In this document: positions 10,046-21,372 of the stretch, one piece after another | Layout of the letters: each line of letters starts with the position of its first letter | Numbering within the stretch: position 1 is the stretch's first letter | Notes under the pieces: generated by a model | Database searches by the model: none | The model's input: only the letters and a program-made list of their open reading frames with translations | What the model was told of the DNA's origin: nothing | From: an uncultured delta proteobacterium | GTDB taxonomy: Bacteria; Myxococcota; Myxococcia; Myxococcales; Anaeromyxobacteraceae | NCBI GenBank assembly: GCA_963828255.1 | Contig: CAWHDZ010000040.1 | Location: 64,001-128,000, forward strand | Length of the DNA stretch: 64,000 nucleotides | Direction of reading: 5' to 3' | Program-made: the position numbers and the translations under genes

Positions 10046-10585
10046 ATGAAGGTGACCGCTCTGATACGCGCCTGGGGAGGAAAAACGCCGAGGCTCGCCG
10101 ACGACGTCTGGGTCGCCGACGGCGCGGTGGTCGTCGGGGACGTCGAGATCGGTCCCGGCTCCTCGGTCTGGTTCGGCGCCATCGTCCGCGGCGACGTGAA
10201 CCAGGTCCGCGTCGGCGCCCGCACCAACCTGCAGGACCACGCGATCCTGCACGTCTCCGGGGGGACCCACCCCACCGCCGTGGGAGACGACGTCACGGTG
10301 GGGCACCGCGTGACCCTGCACGGGTGCACCGTGAAGGACCGCTGCCTCATCGGGATCGGCGCGGTGGTCATGGACGGCGCCGTGATCGGGGAGGACTCCA
10401 TGGTGGGCGCCGGGTCGCTGGTTCCTCCCGGGATGGTGGTTCCGCCCGGGATGCTCGCCCTGGGCTCCCCGGCCAGGGTGAAGCGCGACCTCACCCGCGA
10501 GGAGATCGCCTCCTTCCGCAGGTCGGCGGCCAACTACGCCTCCTACGCCGCGCAGTACCGGAAGGAGGGGTTCCCCGGCCGATGA
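10046..10585 (+). CDS. Gamma carbonic anhydrase family protein (YrdA/CaiE-like)
   Basis: Hexapeptide repeats; RGDVN, NLQD, ILH, VGH..LHGC. Confidence 0.92.
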   Translation: MKVTALIRAWGGKTPRLADDVWVADGAVVVGDVEIGPGSSVWFGAIVRGDVNQVRVGARTNLQDHAILHVSGGTHPTAVGDDVTVGHRVTLHGCTVKDRCLIGIGAVVMDGAVIGEDSMVGAGSLVPPGMVVPPGMLALGSPARVKRDLTREEIASFRRSAANYASYAAQYRKEGFPGR

Positions 10586-11037
10586 CCCCCGTCGAGGCGC
10601 TCCAGAAGTGCACCCTGTTCCGCGAGTTCAGCGAGACGGGGCTGAACATCTTTGCAGCCATCGCCACCGAGAAGAGCGTCCCGGCCGGCGCGCCCATCTT
10701 CGCCGAGAACATGGTGGGCGACGCCCTGTTCATCGTGAAGAGCGGCACCGTCCGCATCACCAGCCGCGCCGGCGGCAACGAGGGGACGCTGGCGATCCTC
10801 GGGCCCGGGGAGCACCTGGGCGAGCTGGCGCTGCTGGCCCGCAGCGTGCGGCTCGTCTCGGCCGTCGCCGAGACCCCCTGCGAACTCGTGGAGATCACCC
10901 AGCGCGACTACTACCGCCTGCAGCCCCAGAAGCCCCAGGCCTGCTTGAAGCTGGCGCTCGCCATCGCCTCCGACCTGGCTCGCAAGCTGGCCGACGGGCG
11001 CGAACCACTCCGGTCCCTGGTCGGGGCCAGGGGCTGA
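10582..11037 (+). CDS. Cyclic nucleotide-binding domain protein
   Basis: LFIVKSGTVRI, LGPGEHLGELALL, RLVSAVAE. Confidence 0.85.
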   Translation: MTPVEALQKCTLFREFSETGLNIFAAIATEKSVPAGAPIFAENMVGDALFIVKSGTVRITSRAGGNEGTLAILGPGEHLGELALLARSVRLVSAVAETPCELVEITQRDYYRLQPQKPQACLKLALAIASDLARKLADGREPLRSLVGARG

Positions 11038-11052
11038 TCGGCGGGAACCGGC

Positions 11053-11709
11053 GTGCTGGAGCGTCTCGTAGAGCACCTGCAATCCCAGTCCCTCGGGCTG
11101 GGCTACGCCGCGGTCTTCGGGCTGCTCCTCGCGGCCGGGTTCGGCTTCCCGCTCCCCGAGGACGTGCCCCTCATCGCCGGGGGCGTGCTGGCCTGGCTGG
11201 CCTCGCCGCTCGAGGAGGCCACGCTCTCCGGCATGCTCGCCGACAGCGGATTCCAGGCCATGGTGGCGGTGGGGATGGGAGGGATCCTCCTCGGCGACTC
11301 GATCATCTACCTGGCCGGCAGGAAGATCGGGAGGCGGGTGGCCGAGGTCTGGCCTTTCCGCATCCTGGTCACGCCCGACAAGCTCGAGAAGGTGGAGCGG
11401 CTGCTGCGGCAGCGCGGCAAGGTGGTGGTCCTGGTGGCCCGGTTCCTCCCCGGGCTCCGGGCGCCCACCTACTTCACGGTAGGTCACAGCCGGGTGCCCT
11501 ACTGGGAGTTCCTGGCATTCGACGGCCTGGCGGCCCTGCTCTCGGCCCCCCTCTGGGTCGCGCTGGGATTCTGGTTCGGCGACGACATCGAGCGGGCGGC
11601 CCGCGCCGGATCGAAGTTCGGCGGCTACATCCTGGCCGCGGTGATCGCGGTGGTGGTGATCCTGGTCGGACGCGCGTGGCTGAGGCGGCGCCGCGCTACC
11701 GGCCGGTGA
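11053..11709 (+). CDS. DedA family protein
   Basis: FPLPED, LGDSIIYLAGR, ARFLPGLR. Confidence 0.92.
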   Translation: MLERLVEHLQSQSLGLGYAAVFGLLLAAGFGFPLPEDVPLIAGGVLAWLASPLEEATLSGMLADSGFQAMVAVGMGGILLGDSIIYLAGRKIGRRVAEVWPFRILVTPDKLEKVERLLRQRGKVVVLVARFLPGLRAPTYFTVGHSRVPYWEFLAFDGLAALLSAPLWVALGFWFGDDIERAARAGSKFGGYILAAVIAVVVILVGRAWLRRRRATGR

Positions 11710-13507
11710 TCCGGCCCCAGAGCCCCTTCAGCCCGGTGGCGGGCCCGGAAGGGGAGGCGGGGTGGGGAATCTCCCTCGACCCGGTGGACGCGGGAGGCCC
11801 GTCGTGTCCGGGGGGCCCGGTCCCGGCCCCGGGCGGACGCTCGATCCCCGCGGCCGCGTAGCTCGCCTCCTTCTCCACCCGCTTCTTGACCTCGTCGGGG
11901 GTGCCCTTGGTGGTGAAGACCACCTCCACCTCGCGGCCGGATCCGATCTCCCGGGCCCGGACGGCGAGCAGGCACTCCTCACCCAGCTCGAAGGCCACGG
12001 CGATGCGCACCGATCCCTTCGCCCCGCGTGGCAGGCCGGTGAGCTGGATGGTCCCCAGGTACTGGCACTCGGCGACCGTCGCCCCCTCGCCCTCGAAGAT
12101 CCAGAGGTCGAAGGTCTTCTGGTCGTCCTTGGTGGTTCCGAGCTGGTACTCCTTGCGAACCGGGAGCGGGGTGTTGCGCTCGATGACCCGCTTCACCCGG
12201 CCCCCGCCTCCGGGCAGGCCGACTCCGATGGAGATTGGAACGACGTCGATGAGCACGACACCCTCCGCGCTGTTCAGCGAGTGGGCGAGGAGGGCCGCGC
12301 CGATGGCCACCGCCTCGTCCGGGTGCACTGCCTTGCTCGGCGCCTTACCGAAGAACGAACGGATCCGCTCCTGGACGAGCGGCATCCGCGACTGCCCCCC
12401 CACCAGGATCACCTCGTCGACGTCGCGGGGATCGAGCCCCTTTTCCTCGAGCACCCGCGCGCAGGTCTGGACCGTGCGCTCCACCAGCGGGGCCACCAGC
12501 GCCTCCAGATCGGCGCGGGTCAGGGTGGTGTCGAGGGCGGTGGGCTTCCCGTCCACGGTGGCCAGGTAGGGGAGGTGGACGGGGAAGCTCTCCTGCTCGG
12601 AGAGCGCGCACTTGGCCCGCTCCGCGGCGTCGGCCAGGCGGGAGCGGGCCACCGCGTCCCACTTGAACGATCCGTGAAGCCTCTCGAACTCCCGCACCAG
12701 GAAGGCGACGATCCGGTCGTCGAAGTCCACGCCGCCCAGGAAGGTGTCGCCGCCGGTGGAGATCACCTGGTAGACCCGGTCGGCCAGCTCGAGGACCGAG
12801 GCGTCGAAGGTCCCGCCGCCCAGGTCGTACACCAGCACCCGCTCCTTGACGTTCCTGCCCCAGGCGTAGGCCAGCGAGGCGGCGGTGGGCTCGTTCAGGA
12901 TCCGCTCCACGTGCAGCCCGGCCAGGGCGCCGGCCCGGCGCACCGCCGCGCGCTGCTGCTCGCTGTAGTAGGCGGGCACGGTGATCACCGCGCGGTTCAC
13001 CTCCTCGCCGAGGAAGTTCTCGGCGACCCCCTTCACCTCGCGGAGCACCAGCGCCTGGACCTGCTCCATCGTCAGGGTGAGCGGCCCGAGCCGGACCGCG
13101 CAGAGCCCGTCCTCCCCGGGGACCACGTCGTAGGGGAAGTGCGGGAGCATGGACTGCACCACGGCGGAGTCGAAGGCGCGCCCCACCAGCCGCTTGGCGC
13201 CGTGGACCGTCTGGGCCGGGTTGAAGAGGAGTTGCCCCTTGGCGTGCCGCCCCACCACCACGCGGTTGCGCTGGTTCAGCGCCACCATGGACGGGATGGT
13301 GTTGTACCCGTCGCGCGAGGGGATGACCCGCGGCCGCCCGTCCTGGACCACCGCGGCGCAGGAGTTGGACGTCCCCAGGTCGATGCCGATGGAGATCCGG
13401 GACAGGCGGGCCGGGGCGACCGGCCGGTCGGGCAGCCCGACGTCGACGGCCGGGGCCCCCGTCGCGACCACGGGAGGGGTTTGCGGCGGGTGCGCGTCGT
13501 TGCCCAC
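11696..13507 (-). CDS. Hsp70/DnaK-family paralog (start uncertain)
   Basis: [48 protein letters not shown]; substrate-binding beta domain then a short Pro-rich tail. Confidence 0.9.
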   Translation of the reverse strand: MGNDAHPPQTPPVVATGAPAVDVGLPDRPVAPARLSRISIGIDLGTSNSCAAVVQDGRPRVIPSRDGYNTIPSMVALNQRNRVVVGRHAKGQLLFNPAQTVHGAKRLVGRAFDSAVVQSMLPHFPYDVVPGEDGLCAVRLGPLTLTMEQVQALVLREVKGVAENFLGEEVNRAVITVPAYYSEQQRAAVRRAGALAGLHVERILNEPTAASLAYAWGRNVKERVLVYDLGGGTFDASVLELADRVYQVISTGGDTFLGGVDFDDRIVAFLVREFERLHGSFKWDAVARSRLADAAERAKCALSEQESFPVHLPYLATVDGKPTALDTTLTRADLEALVAPLVERTVQTCARVLEEKGLDPRDVDEVILVGGQSRMPLVQERIRSFFGKAPSKAVHPDEAVAIGAALLAHSLNSAEGVVLIDVVPISIGVGLPGGGGRVKRVIERNTPLPVRKEYQLGTTKDDQKTFDLWIFEGEGATVAECQYLGTIQLTGLPRGAKGSVRIAVAFELGEECLLAVRAREIGSGREVEVVFTTKGTPDEVKKRVEKEASYAAAGIERPPGAGTGPPGHDGPPASTGSREIPHPASPSGPATGLKGLWGRITGR

Positions 13508-13513
13508 CGGTGA

Positions 13514-15121
<1,608 letters not shown>

Positions 15122-15126
15122 CGTCG

Positions 15127-16683
15127 ATGGACATCCACGGCGAGAAGATCCTCATCCTCGACTTCGGTTCGCAGTACACGCAGCTCATCGCCCGGAGGCT
15201 GCGCGAGCTGGGCGTCTACTGCGAGATCCACCCCTGCACCATGCCCGGGGCGGCCATGCGCGCCTGGAGGCCGCGCGGCGTGGTGCTCTCCGGGGGCCCG
15301 GCCAGCGTGCTCGCCGAGGGGAGCCCGCGGGTGGACGCCGCGGTCTGGGATCTCGGCGTCCCGGTGCTGGGCATCTGCTACGGCCTGCAGCTCATCGCCC
15401 ACGAGCTGGGAGGCAAGGTGGATCGCGCCGCGCACCGCGAGTACGGGCCGGCCACCATCGACGCGAAGGGGGACTGCGCCCTCTTCCAGGGGCTGCCCCC
15501 CCGGCTCGACGTCTGGATGAGCCACGGCGACCGGGTCGAGGCGCTGCCGCCCGGCTTCGAGCCGGTGGCCTCCACGGCCAGCGCACCCTTCGCCGCGGTG
15601 CAGGACCGGGCGCGGCGCATGTTCGGGGTCCAGTTCCACCCCGAGGTGGCCCACACCCCGCGGGGCGCCGACCTGCTGCGCAACTTCGCCATCGGCGTCT
15701 GCGGCCTCTCCGGCTCCTGGTCGATGCGGGCCTACGTGGACGTCGCGGTGGAGCAGATCCGCGCCCAGGTCGGGTCCGGCCACGCCATCTGCGCGCTCTC
15801 GGGAGGCGTCGATTCCGCGGTGGCCGCCGTGCTCGTGCACCGCGCCATCGGCGACCGGCTGCGCTGCATCTTCGTGGACAACGGCGTGCTCCGGTCCGGC
15901 GAGCGGGAGCAGGTCGAGAAGGTCTTCGGGCAGATGTTCCACCTGCCGCTCGTCACCGTGGACGCCCGATTCCGCTTCCTCGCCAGGCTTGCCGGGGTCA
16001 CCGACCCGGAGCAGAAGCGCAAGATCATCGGGCGCGAGTTCATCGCCGTCTTCGAGGAGGAGGTCGAGCGGCTCTCCCGAGAGGGGGAGCGCGCCCAGTT
16101 CCTGGTGCAGGGGACCCTCTACCCCGACGTCATCGAGAGCGTCTCCTTCAAGGGGCCCTCCGCCACCATCAAGAGCCACCACAACGTGGGCGGGCTGCCC
16201 GACGTGATGAAGCTCGCCCTCGTCGAGCCGCTCCGCGAGCTCTTCAAGGACGAGGTGCGGCGGCTGGGCATGGAGCTCGGGCTCCCGGCCGAGTCGGTGC
16301 AGCGCCAGCCCTTTCCGGGGCCGGGCCTGGCCATCCGGGTGCTGGGGGAGGTCACCGAGGAGCGGCTCGAGGTGCTGCGCCGCGCCGACCTCATCGTCCA
16401 GGACGAGGTCAAGAAGGCCGGCCTCCAGGAGAAGGTCTGGCAGTCCTTCGCCGTCCTGCTCCCGGTCCGGAGCGTGGGGGTGATGGGGGACGAGCGGACG
16501 TACGAGTCCACCTGCGCCATCCGGGCGGTGGAGTCCACCGACGGCATGACCGGGGACTGGGCCAGGCTGCCCTACGACCTGCTGGCCCGCCTCTCCACCC
16601 GGATCATCAACGAGGTCCGGGGCATCAACCGGGTCGTCTACGATATCTCCTCGAAGCCGCCCGCGACGATCGAGTGGGAGTAG
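15127..16683 (+). CDS. guaA: GMP synthase (glutamine-hydrolysing)
   Basis: [50 protein letters not shown]. Confidence 0.98.
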   Translation: MDIHGEKILILDFGSQYTQLIARRLRELGVYCEIHPCTMPGAAMRAWRPRGVVLSGGPASVLAEGSPRVDAAVWDLGVPVLGICYGLQLIAHELGGKVDRAAHREYGPATIDAKGDCALFQGLPPRLDVWMSHGDRVEALPPGFEPVASTASAPFAAVQDRARRMFGVQFHPEVAHTPRGADLLRNFAIGVCGLSGSWSMRAYVDVAVEQIRAQVGSGHAICALSGGVDSAVAAVLVHRAIGDRLRCIFVDNGVLRSGEREQVEKVFGQMFHLPLVTVDARFRFLARLAGVTDPEQKRKIIGREFIAVFEEEVERLSREGERAQFLVQGTLYPDVIESVSFKGPSATIKSHHNVGGLPDVMKLALVEPLRELFKDEVRRLGMELGLPAESVQRQPFPGPGLAIRVLGEVTEERLEVLRRADLIVQDEVKKAGLQEKVWQSFAVLLPVRSVGVMGDERTYESTCAIRAVESTDGMTGDWARLPYDLLARLSTRIINEVRGINRVVYDISSKPPATIEWE

Positions 16684-16806
16684 GGGAAGCCTGACGGCCC
16701 TGACGGGGGGCGGCAGCACGGGCCCGGAAGGGTGTCGGCTGGAAATGACGCGGTGCGAACCGGGATGGGCTTGCCCGGGAGCCCCAGGAAAGGCAATAAC
16801 GAGCCA

Positions 16807-17628
16807 ATGCTCGTTTTCCGGAACTGCGCACGGCTCGCCCCCATCCTCGCCTTCATCCTGCTCGCCGCGCCCGTGACGCGCGCCCAGGCGCCTGCCGCGC
16901 CGGCGCCAGCGGCCGCCCCGCCTGCCTCGGCGGCGGCGCCCTCGGCCGAGCTCGCCGCCCTCATCGCCGAGATCGAGGCCAACTGGGTCATCCGGGACCA
17001 GCCCGGGAAGATGGACGTCGATCTGGCGCTCCTCCAGAAGGCCGAGAAGATCGCGCCCGGCGACTACGAGGTGATCTGGCGCTTCGCCCGGCACTACTAC
17101 TGGCTCGCCGACGACCCGTCCATCTCCAACGAGGAGAAGGCCCGGCTCGGAAAGCTCACCTGGGACTGGTCCGACCGGGCCACCCAGGCGAACCCCTCGC
17201 GCGTCGAGGGCTGGTTCTACGGATTGGCCGGCGTGGGCATGTACTCGCTCGGCATCAGCATCGTGAAGGCGCTCTTCGACGGGATGGAGTCGAAGTACAC
17301 CGACCGTCTCAAGAAGGCGCAGGCCGCCGACCCGGCGTACTACGGCCACGGGGCCGACGTGTCCTGGGGGCGCTACCACTACGAGCTGCCCTGGCCCAAG
17401 TACGACGGCGAGAAGAGCGAGCTCTCCTTCCGCAAGGCGCTCCGCGGCACGCCCACCAACCTGAGGGCCAAGGTCTACCTGGCCGAGCTGTACCTGAAGG
17501 AGGACCACCCCGCCGAGGCCAAGAAGCTGCTCGACGCGGTGCTGGCCGCAAAGATTGGCGCGTACGACCCACCCGAGGAGCGGCGCGCGCAGGGGCTGGC
17601 GCGCGTGGCCCTCGAACAGATCAAGTAG
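16807..17628 (+). CDS. Exported TPR-like alpha-helical protein (TatT-like)
   Basis: Signal peptide, Ala/Pro linker, helical repeats with GRYHYELPWP and YLAELY. Confidence 0.6.
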   Translation: MLVFRNCARLAPILAFILLAAPVTRAQAPAAPAPAAAPPASAAAPSAELAALIAEIEANWVIRDQPGKMDVDLALLQKAEKIAPGDYEVIWRFARHYYWLADDPSISNEEKARLGKLTWDWSDRATQANPSRVEGWFYGLAGVGMYSLGISIVKALFDGMESKYTDRLKKAQAADPAYYGHGADVSWGRYHYELPWPKYDGEKSELSFRKALRGTPTNLRAKVYLAELYLKEDHPAEAKKLLDAVLAAKIGAYDPPEERRAQGLARVALEQIK

Positions 17629-17651
17629 TCTTCTTCACCCAGGGAGAACAC

Positions 17652-19442
17652 ATGATCGCGTTGACCTCCAGGAATCTCGTGCAGGTGTTCGAGGATCAGG
17701 TGGCCCGGCGGGGCGATGCCACCGCGCTGACCTTCAAGCGGGCGGGGTCCTGGCAGACCATGTCCTGGAAGGAGCTGGGGCGCCGGGTGCGGGACGTGGC
17801 CGACGGCCTCGCATCCCTGGGGGTGAAGCCCGGCGACCGCGTCTCCATCCTGGGGGACACCTCCGCCGAGTGGATCATCGCCGACGTGGCCATCATGTCG
17901 GCCGGCGCCATCACCGTGCCCATCTACCAGTCCAACCCGGCCCACGAGGTGCAGTACGTCCTCCAGGACGCAGGGTCCTCCTGGATCTTCGTGGACCACG
18001 ACCACCAGGCCGCCAAGATCCGCGAGGAGGCGGCCAAGCTCCCCGACCTGAAGGGTGTCATCCGCTTCTTCGGAGACCCCGAGGCCTCCCACGAGCACAC
18101 GCTGGCGGCCGTCGAGAACCGCGGCATCGCCTTCCGCGAGCAGAACCCCGGCTCGCACGCGGCGCGGGTGGCTGCCGTGAAGCCCTCCGACCCGGCCTCG
18201 TACCTCTACACCTCCGGCACCACCGGCAACCCCAAGGGCGTGGTGCTCACCCACGGCGCCTGGACCTACGAGGCCGAGGCCACCGCCGAGCTCGAGCTCG
18301 TCAAGCCCGACGACGTGGTCCTGCTCTTCCTCCCCATGGCCCACTCCTTCGCCAAGGTGATCGAGGCGGTCTGGTTCGGCCAGGGGGCCACGGCGGCCTT
18401 CGTGGAGTCGATCGAGAAGATCGTCGACAACGCCGGCGAGGTCCGCCCCACCGTGATGCCGTCCGTGCCGCGCATCTTCGAGAAGGCCTACGACGCGGTG
18501 CTCGCCAAGGGGCTCGCCACTCCCGGAGTGAAGGGCTGGCTCTTCGGGCTGGCCATGAACGGGTTCGAGGCCTGGGCCGAAGGCAAGGCCAAGGGCATGG
18601 AGGTGAAGACCTTCGGCTTCAAGCTCGGCGAGAAGCTGGTCTTCCCCAAGCTCTCGGCGGCGCTCTCGGCCCGCTTCGGCGGGAGGATGCGCCTCTTCGT
18701 GTCGGGCGGCGCCCCGCTCTCCCCCAAGATCAACTGGTTCTTCACGCTGCTCGGCTTCACGATCCTGGAGGGCTACGGCCTCACCGAGACCTCGGCCGGG
18801 ACCTGCGTGAACCGGATCGGCAAGAACAAGATCGGGACGGTGGGGGCCCCGGTTCCGGGCACCCAGGTCAAGATCGCCGAGGACGGCGAGATCCTCCTCA
18901 AGGGGCCCGGCGTCATGAAGGAGTACTACCGGCGCCCCGAGGCCACCGCCGAGATGCTCAAGGACGGGTGGCTCTACACCGGGGACATCGGCGAGGTGGA
19001 CGCCGACGGCTACGTGAAGATCACCGACCGGAAGAAGGACCTGATCAAGACCTCGGGAGGGAAGTACATCGCCCCGCAGAACCTGGAGAACGAGCTCAAG
19101 GGCGATCCGCTCATCTCCCAGGCGGTGATCCACGGCGACCAGCGCAAGTACGTGACCGCGCTCATCACGCTCAGCATCGAGAACGCCCGGGCCTGGGCCG
19201 CCGAGCAGGGGCTGGCCGAGGACGAGCCGCTCCACTCCCACCCCAAGGTGAAGGCCCGCATCCAGCAGGCCGTGGACGCGCTCAACGCCAAGCAGGCCAG
19301 CTACTCCAGCATCAAGAAGTTCACCATCCTGGAGATCGACTTCACCCAGGACCGGGGCGAGCTCACCCCCACGCTCAAGGTGAAGCGCAAGGTGGTCACC
19401 GAGCGTTACAAGAAGCTGCTCGACGCCATGTACGTGGAGTGA
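17652..19442 (+). CDS. Long-chain fatty acid-CoA ligase
   Basis: YTSGTTGNPKG, EGYGLTET, GWLYTGDIG, DRKKDLIKTSGGKYIAP. Confidence 0.95.
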   Translation: MIALTSRNLVQVFEDQVARRGDATALTFKRAGSWQTMSWKELGRRVRDVADGLASLGVKPGDRVSILGDTSAEWIIADVAIMSAGAITVPIYQSNPAHEVQYVLQDAGSSWIFVDHDHQAAKIREEAAKLPDLKGVIRFFGDPEASHEHTLAAVENRGIAFREQNPGSHAARVAAVKPSDPASYLYTSGTTGNPKGVVLTHGAWTYEAEATAELELVKPDDVVLLFLPMAHSFAKVIEAVWFGQGATAAFVESIEKIVDNAGEVRPTVMPSVPRIFEKAYDAVLAKGLATPGVKGWLFGLAMNGFEAWAEGKAKGMEVKTFGFKLGEKLVFPKLSAALSARFGGRMRLFVSGGAPLSPKINWFFTLLGFTILEGYGLTETSAGTCVNRIGKNKIGTVGAPVPGTQVKIAEDGEILLKGPGVMKEYYRRPEATAEMLKDGWLYTGDIGEVDADGYVKITDRKKDLIKTSGGKYIAPQNLENELKGDPLISQAVIHGDQRKYVTALITLSIENARAWAAEQGLAEDEPLHSHPKVKARIQQAVDALNAKQASYSSIKKFTILEIDFTQDRGELTPTLKVKRKVVTERYKKLLDAMYVE

Positions 19443-19455
19443 GGGGGCGGGGACC

Positions 19456-19785
19456 ATGGCAGCCGAGAGCGTGAAGGACGTGTTCGAGCGGCACATGCCC
19501 GAGAAGCTCAAGGGCAAGCCGGACGTGGTCGCCAAGATCGGCGCCATCTACCAGTTCAACATCTCCGGCCCGAACGGCGGGAACTGGTCGGTGGACTGCA
19601 CCCAGCCCGGCGGGGCGGTCGCCGCCGGCACCTCGCCCGGGGCCAAGTGCACCGTGAACGCCACCGACGCCGACTTCCTGAACATCGTCAACGGAAAGCT
19701 CAACCCCCAGATGGCCTTCATGTCCGGCAAGCTCAAGATCCAGGGGGACATGGGGCTCGCCATGAAGCTCCAGCAGATCCTCTGA
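19456..19785 (+). CDS. SCP2 sterol/lipid-binding domain protein
   Basis: GKLNPQMAFMSGKLKIQGDMGLAMKL signature. Confidence 0.93.
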   Translation: MAAESVKDVFERHMPEKLKGKPDVVAKIGAIYQFNISGPNGGNWSVDCTQPGGAVAAGTSPGAKCTVNATDADFLNIVNGKLNPQMAFMSGKLKIQGDMGLAMKLQQIL

Positions 19786-19804
19786 GCCGGGCGGCCTGAC
19801 CGGC

Positions 19805-20980
19805 GTGAGCGCACTCCCGCTCCAGGGCCTCCGGGTCCTCGACCTCTCCCGGCTCCTGCCCGGCCCGTACGCCACGCTGGTCCTCGCCGACCTGGGGGCC
19901 GACGTGGTCAAGGTGGAGGATCCCTCCGGCGGCGACTACCTGCGCTGGATGCCCCCCATGGCCGGGGAGCAGTCCGGCTGGTTCCACGCGCTCAACCGCA
20001 ACAAGCGCTCGCTCGCGCTCGACCTGCGGCGCCCGGAGGGGCCGGCTGCCCTGCTGCGCCTGGCCCGCGGCTTCGACGTGGTGGTGGAGTCGTTCCGCCC
20101 CGGGGTGATGGCGCGGCTCGGGGTGGGGTACGACGCGCTCTCGGCCGTGAACCCGGGGCTCGTGCTCTGCTCCATCTCCGGGTACGGCCAGGACGGCCCG
20201 TACCGCGACCGGGCCGGCCACGACATCGACTACGTGGCCCTGGCCGGCGTGCTCTCGGTGAACGGCCCGCCCGAGCGCCCCGTTCCACTGGGGGTGCAGG
20301 TGGCCGACGTGGCCGGCGGATCCTGGCCGGCGGTGGCGGGGATCCTGGCCGCCCTGCTGGGACGGTCGGTCACCGGCAAGGGGGCCTGGGTGGACGTGGC
20401 CATGGCCGAGGGGGCGCTCGCCATGATGGCCCTGCAGCAGGGGGCCGCCGACGCCGAGGGGCGTGCGCTGCGCCGCGGCGGTGAGCAGCTGAACGGCGGC
20501 TCGGCCTGCTACGCGGTCTACCGGGCCAAGGACGGCGGGTTCGTGGCCCTGGGTGCGCTCGAGCCCAAGTTCTTCCGGGCCTTCTGCGATGCGGTGGGTC
20601 GCCCCGAGCTCGGCCTGGCCCAGTTCGACGACGGCGGGGCCGGCCCGCGCGCCGAGGTGGAGGCCATCTTCGCGAGCCGCACCCGGGAGGAATGGGGCGC
20701 CTTCGCCGCGCTGCACGACGTCTGCGTGATGCCGGTGCTCACCGGGGACGAGCCGCGCCGGGACCCGCAGCTCCTCCACCGGGGCAGCTTCGTCGAGGTG
20801 CCGACTCCCTGGGAGGGAAGGGCCATGCCGGGCCTGGCCTCCCCGGTCCGGATCCGCGGGGTGGAGGCGCCCCTGCGCCCGGCCCCCCGGATCGGCGCCG
20901 ACTCGGAGGAGGTGCTCGCCGGGTCCGGGTTCGACGCCGCCGAGATCGCGGCCTTGCGGGCGTCGGGCGCGCTGGGCTGA
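19805..20980 (+). CDS. CaiB/BaiF family III CoA-transferase (alpha-methylacyl-CoA racemase-like)
   Basis: LADLGADVVKVE, NRNKRS, FRPGVM, GHDIDY, GALEPKF. Confidence 0.92.
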   Translation: MSALPLQGLRVLDLSRLLPGPYATLVLADLGADVVKVEDPSGGDYLRWMPPMAGEQSGWFHALNRNKRSLALDLRRPEGPAALLRLARGFDVVVESFRPGVMARLGVGYDALSAVNPGLVLCSISGYGQDGPYRDRAGHDIDYVALAGVLSVNGPPERPVPLGVQVADVAGGSWPAVAGILAALLGRSVTGKGAWVDVAMAEGALAMMALQQGAADAEGRALRRGGEQLNGGSACYAVYRAKDGGFVALGALEPKFFRAFCDAVGRPELGLAQFDDGGAGPRAEVEAIFASRTREEWGAFAALHDVCVMPVLTGDEPRRDPQLLHRGSFVEVPTPWEGRAMPGLASPVRIRGVEAPLRPAPRIGADSEEVLAGSGFDAAEIAALRASGALG

Positions 20981-21011
20981 GGCGGCCCCGGTCGTGCGAC
21001 GTTCCGTCGCC

Positions 21012-21041
21012 TTGACAGGACTGGGGCCTCCACTTTAGACA
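21012..21041 (+). promoter_or_regulatory. Sigma70-like promoter of the metal uptake operon
   Basis: Perfect TTGACA at 21012 followed at 17-18 nt by TTAGAC/TAGACA. Confidence 0.45.
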
Positions 21042-21050
21042 ACCTTCGCC

Positions 21051-21308
21051 GTGCGTCTCCTCGTCGCCATCGCCACCGTCGCCGTCCTCCTCGCGGGCGT
21101 GGCGTCGCCCCACCACCACGCCGGATCGGGTGGCGTGCACGAGTGCGTGTCCTGCACCGTGGGTGGATCGCTCGAGGCCCGGGACGCCACGCCCACGCTG
21201 TTGCCTCCCCCGGTGGTCCAGGTCGCCCAGCCCCCCGCGCCGTCCGCCGATCCGGTGACCGGCTTCCCCATGGGCGCCGTCCCCGGGCAGTCCCCTCCAC
21301 GCAGCTAG
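21051..21308 (+). CDS. DUF2946-like (CruR/CutF-type) upstream leader peptide
   Basis: Hydrophobic N-terminus, HHH, HECVSC (CxxC), Pro-rich linker, C-terminal QSPP; lies directly before the metal uptake genes. Confidence 0.75.
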   Translation: MRLLVAIATVAVLLAGVASPHHHAGSGGVHECVSCTVGGSLEARDATPTLLPPPVVQVAQPPAPSADPVTGFPMGAVPGQSPPRS

Positions 21309-21372
21309 CCGCGTCCGTTCCCGTCGTCTCCGGAATCGTCGATGCGCGCCCTGGCGCGTGGAGGTTTTACAT

